A stretch of DNA of 41,829 nt from Candidatus Nomurabacteria bacterium (GCA_029288725.1 JARIGS010000016.1:1-41829), one strand, 5' to 3'. Shown: positions 1 through 9,589, counted from the first letter of the stretch. The notes: generated by a model not told the origin, from the letters alone. Made by a program: numbers and translations.

Positions 1-19
1 AGATGTGTATAAGAGACAG
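1..19 (+). other. Tn5/Nextera mosaic-end adapter remnant (technical)
   Basis: Exact AGATGTGTATAAGAGACAG at the contig start. Confidence 0.95.
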
Positions 20-41
20 ACCTACGGTGGCGCCGTTTCTA

Positions 42-69
42 TTGATTTTATATGTAAAAATTGTATAAT
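42..69 (+). promoter_or_regulatory. sigma70-like promoter of ORF 92
   Basis: TTGATT-16bp-TATAAT followed by an A-rich leader. Confidence 0.55.
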
Positions 70-91
70 ATAAAAAAAGAAAGGAATAGAG

Positions 92-952
92 ATGACAAAT
101 GTAAATGAAAGGGCATGGTTTAAGGGCCTTGATGTAGGAGCTATATTTCAAAAAGTTTTCTTAATGATGGGGTTTCGAAAGAAATCCATGACGGAAATAA
201 TTGATAGTATACAGTTGATACCGAAAGAATGTCGGGAACATTATAAAAATTTTTTTGAAGGCGTAGAAGATACATGGACATACGATGAGCCGAAGCATGT
301 TTATCCAGAAGGTGAATTAGAGATTGAGATTATAACTCTCTCTTATACAAGCTGGGTAGAACAAACAAAGCGTTTTAAGGTGCATGACCGAGCGTGGGAC
401 ATATTTATCCACCGTGCGCATCCAATGACCCCGCTTTTCCCTCCACCAATATTGCGTACAGAAAATTTTACTACTAATTTTTCTGAATATGCCAGAGTGT
501 GCAAGGAGGCAACGATACACTTTCCGCGATGTTCAAGGTGTAAAAGACAGCTAATGTGGAGAATTATTAGCACCAAGAACTTTGAAGAAATGTATATCCA
601 GTATGATAACAGAGAATTATACTGTGCTAACAAAACGTGCAGTAATTATCTTGTGCATACCGGTCTTCGGGTGACGGATATAGTGCTGCCAAGCGAAAGA
701 GACACCAAAATTTTTCTTGCGCCATTTGTACGGTCTATAGCGCGTCGTAAAAGGAACATCATTGTTCGTGGTGAAAATCCTCCCATTCCTAAAAGATGGA
801 TACGTTTTTGGACCAAAAGAGGGCACGTATTTCCTCGCACTGCAGGCGTGTATGCCAATGATACGGCGGTAGAAAAACAGTCTAAAAAGTTGGGCCTGCC
901 AGATTACACCGACAATCAGTATGAGCACTTACACCCCTTTCCTAACGGCTAA
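92..952 (+). CDS. hypothetical protein with a possible Zn-ribbon
   Basis: 286-aa ORF with CSRC...CANKTC; own promoter and downstream terminator. Confidence 0.65.
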   Translation: MTNVNERAWFKGLDVGAIFQKVFLMMGFRKKSMTEIIDSIQLIPKECREHYKNFFEGVEDTWTYDEPKHVYPEGELEIEIITLSYTSWVEQTKRFKVHDRAWDIFIHRAHPMTPLFPPPILRTENFTTNFSEYARVCKEATIHFPRCSRCKRQLMWRIISTKNFEEMYIQYDNRELYCANKTCSNYLVHTGLRVTDIVLPSERDTKIFLAPFVRSIARRKRNIIVRGENPPIPKRWIRFWTKRGHVFPRTAGVYANDTAVEKQSKKLGLPDYTDNQYEHLHPFPNG

Positions 953-957
953 TCAAT

Positions 958-991
958 GAGCTCTATCACAAATGTGTATAGAGCTTTTTTT
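958..991 (+). terminator. intrinsic terminator
   Basis: GAGCTCTAT...ATAGAGCT stem followed by a T-run. Confidence 0.65.
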
Positions 992-1018
992 ATTGCCAAT
1001 GAGGAGTACAATCGAAAT

Positions 1019-1579
1019 ATGAAGATAGTATATTTGGGCAGTGGCGGGTTTTGGCTTGCTGAGGCCGTATACAAACGCATACGGGGTGTGGAGGAAGTCA
1101 TTCCCGGCTATATGGGCGGGACAGTTGAGAATCCTTCTCATGAGATAGTGGCAACGGGCAGCACCGGTCATGCTGAGGTGGTGAAGGTTATCTATGATGA
1201 GAATCAGATTGGACTTCATGAACTATTGCAGGTGTTTTTTGCCCTCCACGACTCAGTTGCACCGGCTCATGCCATGCACGGTGTGGGATCGCAGTATCGT
1301 TCGGTTATTTTTTATACTGACGATGGGGAAGCGGAGGCGGTTGATGAGCGGAACGGTCAGGCCATTGGCGTAATACCGCAGATGGTGGCGGAAGTGCAGG
1401 CAGGATTGCCCGAGGGAGTATCCGTTGCCACTTCGATAATGACTGCCACGGTATTTTATCCTGCCGATCAGGCTCACTATGACTACTACGGCCAGCATGC
1501 CGATGCGGCGTTTTCGGTGGCCGTCATAGAACCGAAACTGCAGGAACTGCGGGGGAAATTCTCAAGTCTTTTTTCATAA
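1019..1579 (+). CDS. msrA: MsrA-family protein lacking the catalytic Cys
   Basis: GGFW (normally GCFW), GYMGG, TGHAEVV, GSQYRSVIF, FYPA motifs; start set at ATG 1019, 6 nt after TACAAT. Confidence 0.8.
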   Translation: MKIVYLGSGGFWLAEAVYKRIRGVEEVIPGYMGGTVENPSHEIVATGSTGHAEVVKVIYDENQIGLHELLQVFFALHDSVAPAHAMHGVGSQYRSVIFYTDDGEAEAVDERNGQAIGVIPQMVAEVQAGLPEGVSVATSIMTATVFYPADQAHYDYYGQHADAAFSVAVIEPKLQELRGKFSSLFS

Positions 1580-1643
1580 TTTCTTCAGATAAAATTGATA
1601 CCCAATTGTTTATGATGCACTCATGGTCTGCTATACTTATAGT

Positions 1644-3512
1644 ATGACCGTACCCTACGATCCTGAGCACATTACGTACATTGCGGAAACTGACTATCGT
1701 AACCAGCGAACACGGTTTGGTATAAAGAGCCGTGATCGTACCCGTCACATGTATGTCATCGGTAAGTCCGGTGTTGGTAAGTCAACGCTTTTGGAAAACA
1801 TGGCCATTCAGGACATTGTCCGTGGCGAGGGCTTGGCAGTGCTTGATCCGCACGGTAGTTTTGCCGAGAAAATGCTCGACTATATTCCTGAGCACCGTAT
1901 CAAGGATGTCATTTATTTTGCACCGTTTGATACCGAAAACCCAATTTCATTCAACGTTCTGGAAGACGTTGGAGCGGACAAGCGTCACTTCGTGGCATCC
2001 GGCTTGATGAGTACCTTCAAGAAGATCTGGGTTGATGCCTGGAGTGCCCGCATGGAATACATCCTCAATAACATATTGCTGGCATTGCTGGAGTCTCCTG
2101 ATGCGACCTTGCTCGGAGTAAACCGTATGCTTTCTGACAAGGCCTTTCGCGACAAAACCGTAGCCGGCGTTACGGATCCGGGAGTGAAAGCCTTTTGGAC
2201 CGACGAGTTCGCAAAGTACGGTGACCGTTACATGCAGGAAGCCGGTGCTGCCATTCAGAACAAGATTGGTCAGTTTACCGCCAGTCCGCTTATTCGTAAC
2301 CTCATTGGTCAGCCCAAATCAAGTTTCGATATTCGTGCCGCGATGGACAATCAGAAGATACTAATTGTGAACCTGTCCAAAGGCCGTATCGGCGAACAGA
2401 ATACGAGTCTGCTTGGTAGTATGATTATCACCAAAATTTACCTGGCTGCCATGAGTCGTGCCGACGCTAGCCCTACTCGCCTGGCTGAATTGCCGAACTT
2501 CTACTTCTACGTCGACGAATTCCAGTCATTTGCCAATGAATCATTCGCAAACATTCTATCCGAAGCCCGTAAGTACAAACTCGCGCTTGTCATTGCCCAT
2601 CAGTATGTGGCGCAAATGGAAGAATCCGTTCGCGATGCCGTCTTTGGCAACGTAGGAACCAGTATCAGTTTCCGTGTCGGGCCATTGGATGGGGAATTAC
2701 TGGAAAAGGTATTCTCACCGCAATTTACTGCTAACGATCTCGTCAATCTTGGTATGGCCCAGATTTACCTTTCCCTGCTTATCAATGATATGGGATCAGC
2801 ACCGTTTTCCGCTCGTACGTTGCCGCCAGTACCGCGCCCAACCATAACGTATCGCAATGATGTCATTGAATCTTCCCGTATGCATTACACTCAACCTCGT
2901 GATGTTGTAGAAAAGAATATCAATGATTGGTTTAGTAAGGACACGCGCCCCAATGACCTTGCGGGTCAGCCTACTCCAGCAGCGGCGTCCGATAAGCCGA
3001 AACCACGATTTGAACAAGCACCTCGTCCACAATTCCAAAAACCCGCCGCTACACATACCCCTTTCAAAAAAGTCTTTACCGCTACGCCACCAGCTGCCCC
3101 TTCGGCAGAAAACACCAACCCTGCTCCTCGGGTATTTCAGTCTGTTGCAAAAACAACAGTGGTAGGATCAAAACCAAAACCAGCCGCTGCACCGCTTAGT
3201 CCCGCACTGTCAGAACTGCTTGCCTCGCTTGATGGTGCTCCGGCACCAAAAACTGAGACCCCGGTTGCTCAGGCTGCACCCTTTACTGACGAAAAGCCTC
3301 TAAAGGAAAGCATTCCACCAGTGAAATTAACCGAACGCGGTCCAACCGACAAAAACCGTGACTTATTGAAAGCAGCATTGCAGAAAGTAGTACCAGTTAC
3401 CGCTACACCTAAAGCTCCCGTCCCAGCTCCTCAACCAGCTCCCGCACCTCAGGTTATCGCATCACAGCCAGAAGAAATCTCTTATCAGGCACTCCGTAAC
3501 GTCTTAGAATAA
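1644..3512 (+). CDS. TraD/TrwB/HerA-like P-loop ATPase with a Pro/Ala-rich C-terminal tail
   Basis: Walker A GKSGVGKS, DPHG, Walker B YVDEFQ, LSEARKY; start 6 nt after TATACT. Confidence 0.85.
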   Translation: MTVPYDPEHITYIAETDYRNQRTRFGIKSRDRTRHMYVIGKSGVGKSTLLENMAIQDIVRGEGLAVLDPHGSFAEKMLDYIPEHRIKDVIYFAPFDTENPISFNVLEDVGADKRHFVASGLMSTFKKIWVDAWSARMEYILNNILLALLESPDATLLGVNRMLSDKAFRDKTVAGVTDPGVKAFWTDEFAKYGDRYMQEAGAAIQNKIGQFTASPLIRNLIGQPKSSFDIRAAMDNQKILIVNLSKGRIGEQNTSLLGSMIITKIYLAAMSRADASPTRLAELPNFYFYVDEFQSFANESFANILSEARKYKLALVIAHQYVAQMEESVRDAVFGNVGTSISFRVGPLDGELLEKVFSPQFTANDLVNLGMAQIYLSLLINDMGSAPFSARTLPPVPRPTITYRNDVIESSRMHYTQPRDVVEKNINDWFSKDTRPNDLAGQPTPAAASDKPKPRFEQAPRPQFQKPAATHTPFKKVFTATPPAAPSAENTNPAPRVFQSVAKTTVVGSKPKPAAAPLSPALSELLASLDGAPAPKTETPVAQAAPFTDEKPLKESIPPVKLTERGPTDKNRDLLKAALQKVVPVTATPKAPVPAPQPAPAPQVIASQPEEISYQALRNVLE

Positions 3513-3523
3513 CTCCTCTCAAT

Positions 3524-4693
3524 ATGAAATACTTTTTACCGCTCCTGTTCGGCGCGTGGCTTTTGCCGCTTGTTGCCTCTGCTGCCGTGAAGATTAATGA
3601 AGTGGCCTGGATGGGTACTGCCAAGAGTCAGTACAGTGAATGGATTGAATTATATAATGACGGTGACCAAGCAGTGTCACTGGCCGGCTGGAAACTGTAT
3701 GTTACTGGTAGCGAGGTACTGTTTACCCTTAGCAAAACCATTGCCGCCCATGGATATCTCCTCGTTGAGCGCACCACCGCCAGTGCTCCTGATGCAGTTC
3801 CTGGCATTAATGATGAATCAGGAACATTTGGAGGTGGGGGATTAAATAATGCCGGAGACAACCTTTCGTTAAAGGATAGCAAGGGTACCACTATTGATAC
3901 CTTGTCCTACAGCGGTGGTTGGCCTGCTGGTGACGCCCAAACCAAAGATACGATGCAATGGAATGGACAGAAATGGATTACGGCACCCGGTACTCCCGAT
4001 GCGGCCAATGCCACGGTTGCTGATGCACTGCCCGCTAGTACCAGTAACAGTGGTACTAGCTCCTCAAGCAGCACCTCCTCTGGTGCGTCTTCTTCCGGAG
4101 CAAGTTCGTCTACCAGTAGTCAAAAAACAACTGCTACAACAAGAACCAAGACCAGTACTACCACTTCCAAGCTTACTGTCACTGTCCCCAAAAGTCTTTT
4201 TCAGGGGGTGCGCAATGAATTTGATCCGACCTTCGATTTGCCACTTACCTTGAAAACTCCGCAAGGATATTTTTATTGGAATATGGGGGATGGCACGACG
4301 TTTATGCAGTCAACACTGACCCCAATTGCTTATACCTATCATTATGCGGGCGCCTATACGGTTAGTCTTTCCTACTTTTCTTCACCGGCCGCTTCGCTTC
4401 CGTTTTTGCAGACTACGGCAAATGCCGTAGTAACGGCACCGATCGCAACCCTTACTGTGCTCAACAATGGCGCAGCGTTGCAGATTGCCAATGATGGTAC
4501 AAAAATGATGGACATTGGTCAGTGGCCTATTACTACAACCTATGGCATGCGCGCCATGCCGCCAATGACAATTATCGCGGCAAAATCACACATCATTGTG
4601 ACCGCTGCATCACTGGGATTACCCTCAATACAAAATCCAAGATTGAGTACGCCGGATGGAACGGTGGTCCAGGGAAAGACGGTCAAAAAATAA
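3524..4693 (+). CDS. secreted lamin-tail-domain protein with Ser/Thr linker and PKD-like domain
   Basis: Signal peptide; INEVAW...EWIELYN...LNNAGD...PGTP; WNMGDG...Y.YAGAYTV. Confidence 0.8.
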   Translation: MKYFLPLLFGAWLLPLVASAAVKINEVAWMGTAKSQYSEWIELYNDGDQAVSLAGWKLYVTGSEVLFTLSKTIAAHGYLLVERTTASAPDAVPGINDESGTFGGGGLNNAGDNLSLKDSKGTTIDTLSYSGGWPAGDAQTKDTMQWNGQKWITAPGTPDAANATVADALPASTSNSGTSSSSSTSSGASSSGASSSTSSQKTTATTRTKTSTTTSKLTVTVPKSLFQGVRNEFDPTFDLPLTLKTPQGYFYWNMGDGTTFMQSTLTPIAYTYHYAGAYTVSLSYFSSPAASLPFLQTTANAVVTAPIATLTVLNNGAALQIANDGTKMMDIGQWPITTTYGMRAMPPMTIIAAKSHIIVTAASLGLPSIQNPRLSTPDGTVVQGKTVKK

Positions 4694-4735
4694 TCAAAAA
4701 TACTACCCGCACATTGTGCGGGTAGTATTTTTGAT
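4693..4735. terminator. bidirectional terminator, 21-bp perfect inverted repeat
   Basis: ATCAAAAATACTACCCGCACA-T-TGTGCGGGTAGTATTTTTGAT between convergent genes. Confidence 0.8.
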
Positions 4736-4763
4736 ATTGGGCCTTGTTTTACTCCACCACCTT

Positions 4764-5531
4764 TTAAGGGGTAGTAGGAGTAACTGGTTGGACAGAAGGA
4801 GTTTGAGTGGTGGCCTGTAGGGCTGCACTTGCAGTACTTGGTACGGTGTTCACGGCAGTATTCAAATTATCAATTTCCTTTGAAATGATCTGGACTTCCT
4901 GATTTGAGACTTTTTGAAGGGTTGCGTCAACGGTCTTGATAGCATCAACCTTACCAGTGTCATTGGCAGTTGTTGCGTTGGCAGTATTCTGAAGCGATAC
5001 TTTATTTGCCTTGAGGGTTTGTTCCAATGAGGCGGTAACCGTGAGGGCGGTATCAGGAGCCTGGGCACTGAGGGTAGTGAGGTCTGCTGAAAGCGCGGCA
5101 ACGTGGTCATTAATAGCATTTTCGGCAGTCTGCTGTTTTGCAGGAGTAAGGGCATTGCTGTTAGCCAATGTTTGGATTTCATTCACGCGAGTCTCAATGC
5201 GATTTTTCTGCCACAAGACCTTTTCCTCAGGAGTTTTCAAAAATAGCCCTTTCACTTCCTCGTTGACATTGATCTTGAATGAGTAGAGCGGATCACCAGG
5301 GAGGGCATTGTTTGCAACCGCAGAAACACTACCGGCAATAAATACCACAAAAAGCATACTGGAGAGAGCGATGCGAAGACCATGCTGTACGCCGCGCTTG
5401 AAAAATGAGTCAGTGACCAAGACCGGAGAGGCGATAACGATGCGAGCAGCATGAGCGCGCATCAAGTTACGCTCCTCGGTAGTCAGCGTGATGTCCTTTA
5501 GGTTTTTCAGTTTTGCTAATTTGGTTTCCAT
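4764..5531 (-). CDS. DUF5667-type membrane protein, probable anti-sigma factor
   Basis: TM helix followed by ALPGDPLYSFK..E; overlaps the 3' end of the ECF sigma gene. Confidence 0.75.
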   Translation of the reverse strand: METKLAKLKNLKDITLTTEERNLMRAHAARIVIASPVLVTDSFFKRGVQHGLRIALSSMLFVVFIAGSVSAVANNALPGDPLYSFKINVNEEVKGLFLKTPEEKVLWQKNRIETRVNEIQTLANSNALTPAKQQTAENAINDHVAALSADLTTLSAQAPDTALTVTASLEQTLKANKVSLQNTANATTANDTGKVDAIKTVDATLQKVSNQEVQIISKEIDNLNTAVNTVPSTASAALQATTQTPSVQPVTPTTP

Positions 5532-6070
5532 GAGTGTTCTTGTTGGATGCGTTCCTTTTCATCGAAATGACCGCGCATTTTTTTGAGGATACGGTGGATT
5601 TTGACGGTCATGGCATTGACCGTCTTGCCATACATTTCGGCAATAGCCTCAATGGGCTTTTCCTCGGTGTAGCGCAAATAAATGATTTGCTGATCTTCCT
5701 CACTGAGCAGTTCGAGTATCCCTCGTACGGTCTCAATGTCATCTGCCCTAAATACCTCGTCGACAGTCCTGCTCGTCCCGGGATCAAATCCCGCCTCCAT
5801 GAGGCTATCGAGCGAAGCCGACTTCGACTTTTTGAAAAAATCGATAACGGCGTTGCGGGCAGTGCGGTAGAGAAAGGCTTCTGGATTATCAATCGTTTTG
5901 CCGGATGCTAGATAGAGCCAGGTCTTGGTAAAGGTGTCCTGGGTAATATCAAGAGCGACCGGTCGATTGGTGACCCTGAAATAGATAAAACGGAAGATTG
6001 CGTCTTGGTAGGTTTCCACCATGTCAAAAAAGTGCTGTTCCTTGTCCTTAGACGATTCATCGGGGTGCAT
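5516..6070 (-). CDS. ECF RNA polymerase sigma factor
   Basis: Region 2 DITQDTF..W, FLYRTARNAVID; region 4 HTH; start 6 nt after TATACT. Confidence 0.9.
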   Translation of the reverse strand: MHPDESSKDKEQHFFDMVETYQDAIFRFIYFRVTNRPVALDITQDTFTKTWLYLASGKTIDNPEAFLYRTARNAVIDFFKKSKSASLDSLMEAGFDPGTSRTVDEVFRADDIETVRGILELLSEEDQQIIYLRYTEEKPIEAIAEMYGKTVNAMTVKIHRILKKMRGHFDEKERIQQEHSWKPN

Positions 6071-6137
6071 ATTACAAGTATACACAACACAACGAACTTT
6101 AATAGGGCTTTAGGGCACTTTTTGCTATACTTTTGCC

Positions 6138-7355
6138 ATGAATGAACAGCCAAAACGGACCAGCATAGTAATTATCGGAGGAGGATTTGCCGGTATTGCG
6201 GCTGTTCGAAAGCTCCAAAAAAGTGGCCAGCCGATCGATATTACCATGGTCTCAAAAAGCCCAAATTTTCAGTATTATCCGAGCCTCTACCGTATGGTAG
6301 TGGGCGCATCAGTGAACCAGGTCTCAATCCCGCTCACCAAGATTGTTTCTCGGAACGTCCGTCTGGTGATCGATACGTATACGGGTGTCGATACACAACG
6401 TAAGGCCATAACCCTGCAAAGCGGTACGGAAATCTCATACGACTATCTCGTGATGGCATTGGGCAGTGAGCCGAATTATTTCGGCATCGATGGCATGGAA
6501 ACACATTCGAAAAGTTTCCTCTCAGTTGATAAGGCACGCGGACTCAATCAGTACTACAAATCATTGATTGGCAGTGCGAAGACGCTTCCTCGCGATGAAG
6601 CATTGATGAAATTGCGCACGATTATCGTTGGTGCCGGACCATCCGGTGTTGAGTTGGCAGGAGTGCTACGAGGCTACTTGGTGCAGGAGGCGAGACGGCA
6701 GAAGGTAGATCCTACGCTGATCAAGATTGATCTATTGGATTCTGGTCCGCGTGTCTTAGCTGCTATTCCAGAACGAGCATCTGCATTGGTTCGTGATCAG
6801 TTGCAGCGAAAGGGCGTGACTGTCTATTCGAACTACGGCGTTAATGCCTGCGATGAGAACTGTGTCATTGTGGCTGATAAGAACAATCCTGCGGCGCCTG
6901 TTGAAAACATCCACATGGAAGCTGGCACCGTTATATGGACGGCTGGTACAAAAATCAGTACTGCATTTGCTGCCATCCCCGGTGTTACTATGACTGATCG
7001 CAAGCGCGTAGTGGTTACGCCAACGCTAACCCTACCGACTGATGACACTCTCTACGTTGCGGGAGATGGATCGGGCACACCATATAGTGGCTTGGCCCAA
7101 ACCGCCATCGATCAAGGAGACTATGTCGCTGAGACATTGCTTCGCCGCATTGCAGGCAAGTCAGTGGCGCCTTACGAACCGAAGCAGGGTGTCTTTGTCA
7201 TTCCCGTGGGTAAGCATTGGGCTATCCTGAATTATAAGGATATCGTACTGTACGGATTTTTCCCATGGATATTGCGTATCATGATTGATGCACGATACTT
7301 CCTCAGTATTACCAGTCTGTGGAATGTCCTTGGGATGCTAAGAAATGAGTCATAG
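6138..7355 (+). CDS. NDH-2-family FAD-dependent oxidoreductase
   Basis: GGGFAG and GAGPSGVELAG Rossmann motifs, YVAGD, AQTAIDQG. Confidence 0.85.
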   Translation: MNEQPKRTSIVIIGGGFAGIAAVRKLQKSGQPIDITMVSKSPNFQYYPSLYRMVVGASVNQVSIPLTKIVSRNVRLVIDTYTGVDTQRKAITLQSGTEISYDYLVMALGSEPNYFGIDGMETHSKSFLSVDKARGLNQYYKSLIGSAKTLPRDEALMKLRTIIVGAGPSGVELAGVLRGYLVQEARRQKVDPTLIKIDLLDSGPRVLAAIPERASALVRDQLQRKGVTVYSNYGVNACDENCVIVADKNNPAAPVENIHMEAGTVIWTAGTKISTAFAAIPGVTMTDRKRVVVTPTLTLPTDDTLYVAGDGSGTPYSGLAQTAIDQGDYVAETLLRRIAGKSVAPYEPKQGVFVIPVGKHWAILNYKDIVLYGFFPWILRIMIDARYFLSITSLWNVLGMLRNES

Positions 7356-7356
7356 T

Positions 7357-8121
7357 ATGAGTACGGATTGGAACAATGTTGCCCAGTGGTATGACCAGTA
7401 TCTAGTCGGGGAGGATACCTACCAGGCTCAGGTAATAGCGCCGAACCTTGTGCGATTGCTTGCTCCTCGTGCCGGACAGCGTATCTTGGACGTTGCGTGT
7501 GGTCAGGGATACTTCGCACGAATGTGCGCTGACAAAGGAGCACAGATTGTTGGCGTGGATCAGTCGACAACATTGATCGAAAAGGCCAAGGCTCAGGCTG
7601 GAGCAAACGAACTGTACATTACCGGTAATGCTGAAACGTTGGATGCCTATAAGATTGAACCGTGCGATACGGTCTTCTCAGTGCTTGCTTTGGAAAATAT
7701 TAAAAATATTGCTGGGGTAATGAGCGGCATACAGCAGGTGATGAAGCCTGATGGCAAGGTTGTCTTTGTACTTCTGCATCCTGCTTTTCGCATCCCCCAG
7801 CACAGTGACTGGGGCTATGACACCAAGCGGACAGTGCAGTATCGTCGGATAGATAAATATCTTTCGGAAGTAAATATTCAGATTGAGCTTGCGCCATTCA
7901 AGGGAAGTAAGGATGTGAAGAAAGTAACGACAACCACCTTCCATCGTTCACTGCAGTGGTATATGAAGGCATTTCGCAATGCCGGTTTTGCTATTACTAA
8001 CATTGAAGAATGGATTTCGCACAAGACCTCTCAGCCAGGACCTCGTCAGCATGCTGAGGACACTGCCCGCAAGGAAATCCCGATGTTTATGGCGATAGAG
8101 CTCAAGAAGATAGGCCAATAG
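7357..8121 (+). CDS. class I SAM-dependent methyltransferase
   Basis: ILDVACGQG, GVDQS, HPAF, FHRSL; alternative start at 7345. Confidence 0.85.
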   Translation: MSTDWNNVAQWYDQYLVGEDTYQAQVIAPNLVRLLAPRAGQRILDVACGQGYFARMCADKGAQIVGVDQSTTLIEKAKAQAGANELYITGNAETLDAYKIEPCDTVFSVLALENIKNIAGVMSGIQQVMKPDGKVVFVLLHPAFRIPQHSDWGYDTKRTVQYRRIDKYLSEVNIQIELAPFKGSKDVKKVTTTTFHRSLQWYMKAFRNAGFAITNIEEWISHKTSQPGPRQHAEDTARKEIPMFMAIELKKIGQ

Positions 8122-8135
8122 ATAGGGCTGACTTT

Positions 8136-8306
8136 GGAAGATATGCAAAAATACGCCCTCCAACCCGACGGGCTTGTTCGGATCGTATTTTTGCATATCT
8201 TCCTCCGTCAGAACTATTTTAAATTTACAGTCTGGCGAAAAGCGCGCAGTGAAAATGTTTGCTGAACAAGCCCGTCGGGTTGGAAGAAACATTTTCACTG
8301 CGCGCT
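8136..8306. repeat. two 20-bp hairpins with mutually complementary 21-nt loop segments
   Basis: Stems 8136-8155/8184-8203 and 8241-8260/8287-8306; 8159-8179 is the exact reverse complement of 8264-8284. Confidence 0.85.
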
Positions 8307-8316
8307 GAGAGTCACT

Positions 8317-8886
8317 CTACTCTTTAATTTTTTTCAGGGCCAAAGGAATCTTTTTAAAATCACTAAGCAATTCTTCGCGTAAGCCCCCGTTGTATAGCGC
8401 AGCAGCAGGGTGGTAGAGCGGAAGGAAGTAATTTGTTGGCATGCCGGCAATATTCTTTTTCAATAATTTCCCATGGACGACCGAAATTTTTTCGTCAGGA
8501 AAAAAGTTACTCATCGCAATGCGTCCGAGAAAGACGATGAGCTTCGGCTTGATCGCTACCAATTCTTCATGCAGCCATTCCTTGCACGCTTCCTTTTCTT
8601 CCGGCAGAGGATCGCGATTGTTCGGTGGGCGATACTTCACCATGTTAGTGATGTAAATATCCTCCCGCTGCATATTGATGCTTGCGAGCATTTCCGCTAG
8701 AAACTTTCCCGCTGCACCGACGAAAGGTCGTCCTTCGAGGTCTTCATTCTTGCCCGGCGCCTCACCGATAAATACTACCTCAGCATGAGGATTGCCATCA
8801 CCCGGTACTGCCTGTGTGGCCGTAGCTTTAAGCTCACAGGTACAATGCACTTTCCAGTATTCGTGTATTTCCGGTAGTGTTTTCAT
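8317..8886 (-). CDS. family-4 uracil-DNA glycosylase
   Basis: GEAPG..ED..GRPFVGAAG, YITN.VKYRPP.NRDP, YHPAA. Confidence 0.9.
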   Translation of the reverse strand: MKTLPEIHEYWKVHCTCELKATATQAVPGDGNPHAEVVFIGEAPGKNEDLEGRPFVGAAGKFLAEMLASINMQREDIYITNMVKYRPPNNRDPLPEEKEACKEWLHEELVAIKPKLIVFLGRIAMSNFFPDEKISVVHGKLLKKNIAGMPTNYFLPLYHPAAALYNGGLREELLSDFKKIPLALKKIKE

Positions 8887-8909
8887 ACTACTTATGATAG
8901 CATGGGACT
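8887..8909. promoter_or_regulatory. bidirectional promoter with overlapping -10 boxes
   Basis: 23-bp divergent gap; TATCAT (- strand, 8894-8899) and TAGCAT (+ strand, 8898-8903), 7 and 6 nt from their ATGs. Confidence 0.55.
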
Positions 8910-9218
8910 ATGGGAATGAAATCATTTTTACTTAAAAAGACCTTACAAATGAAGGGTGTTTCGAGTGACCAAGCAGAACAAATTGCCAAGGCACTTGATG
9001 AAAATCCTGACATGGCCAAAAGCCTCAAAGCGTTGGAAGAAAACAAGGAGGTGAAGGCTTTGTTGGAAAAAATCCAAAAGGAAATTGAGGAAAAGAAAAA
9101 GGCTGGCATGCCCGAGCAATATGCCGCTGTCCAGGTCATGGGCAAATACAAATCCGAAATTGCCAAATACCGTAACGAACTCGCTCCCTTGATGCAATTG
9201 ATGGGAATGGGAAAATAA
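8910..9218 (+). CDS. hypothetical helical protein
   Basis: 102-aa K/E-rich ORF followed by a terminator. Confidence 0.75.
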   Translation: MGMKSFLLKKTLQMKGVSSDQAEQIAKALDENPDMAKSLKALEENKEVKALLEKIQKEIEEKKKAGMPEQYAAVQVMGKYKSEIAKYRNELAPLMQLMGMGK

Positions 9219-9221
9219 GCT

Positions 9222-9246
9222 AAAAAGCCCGTAACAGGGCTTTTTT
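9222..9246 (+). terminator. intrinsic terminator
   Basis: AAAAAGCCC-GTAACA-GGGCTTTTTT. Confidence 0.7.
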
Positions 9247-9298
9247 ATTTACTTTTTAAATATGCATGTTATAATGTGAAAAACAAACAATAACATAT

Positions 9299-9589
9299 AT
9301 GCACACTAACAATTATTCTGCTCGTTTTTCTTCCAACGATACGTTCATTATCGTATTACTACTGATTACCAGTCTTTCCTTTCTTGTCTGGGCATGCGTG
9401 GATCACCCTGCGTGGGGAACTACCGCAATAAGCATTTTTGCTTTCCTTGCAATGTGGTTCGGTGCGGTGATGACAAAAAAGCAGGAAGATATATTCGTCC
9501 GATATTCGGGCTGGGCCATTATTTGGATAAATGTTTTCAATATAATAATATTGATTTCTCAAATTAATTCGCCCATGCCAGGAATGTAA
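9299..9589 (+). CDS. hypothetical 3-TM membrane protein
   Basis: Three hydrophobic stretches; TTTACT-16bp-TATAAT upstream; hairpin at 9598-9631. Confidence 0.65.
   Translation: MHTNNYSARFSSNDTFIIVLLLITSLSFLVWACVDHPAWGTTAISIFAFLAMWFGAVMTKKQEDIFVRYSGWAIIWINVFNIIILISQINSPMPGM

Noticed and set aside
1-19. Tn5/IS50 transposon end
   Set aside because: Exact Nextera mosaic end at base 1 with no transposase or partner end; a library adapter.
1040-1054. Selenocysteine at the MsrA active site
   Set aside because: The codon is GGG, not TGA.
1644-3512. Conjugation module suggested by the TraD/TrwB-like ATPase
   Set aside because: No relaxase, VirB genes or element boundaries nearby; it appears chromosomal.
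7948-8298. 116-aa - strand ORF over the twin hairpins
   Set aside because: Overlaps the methyltransferase antisense and the repeat; no recognisable motif.
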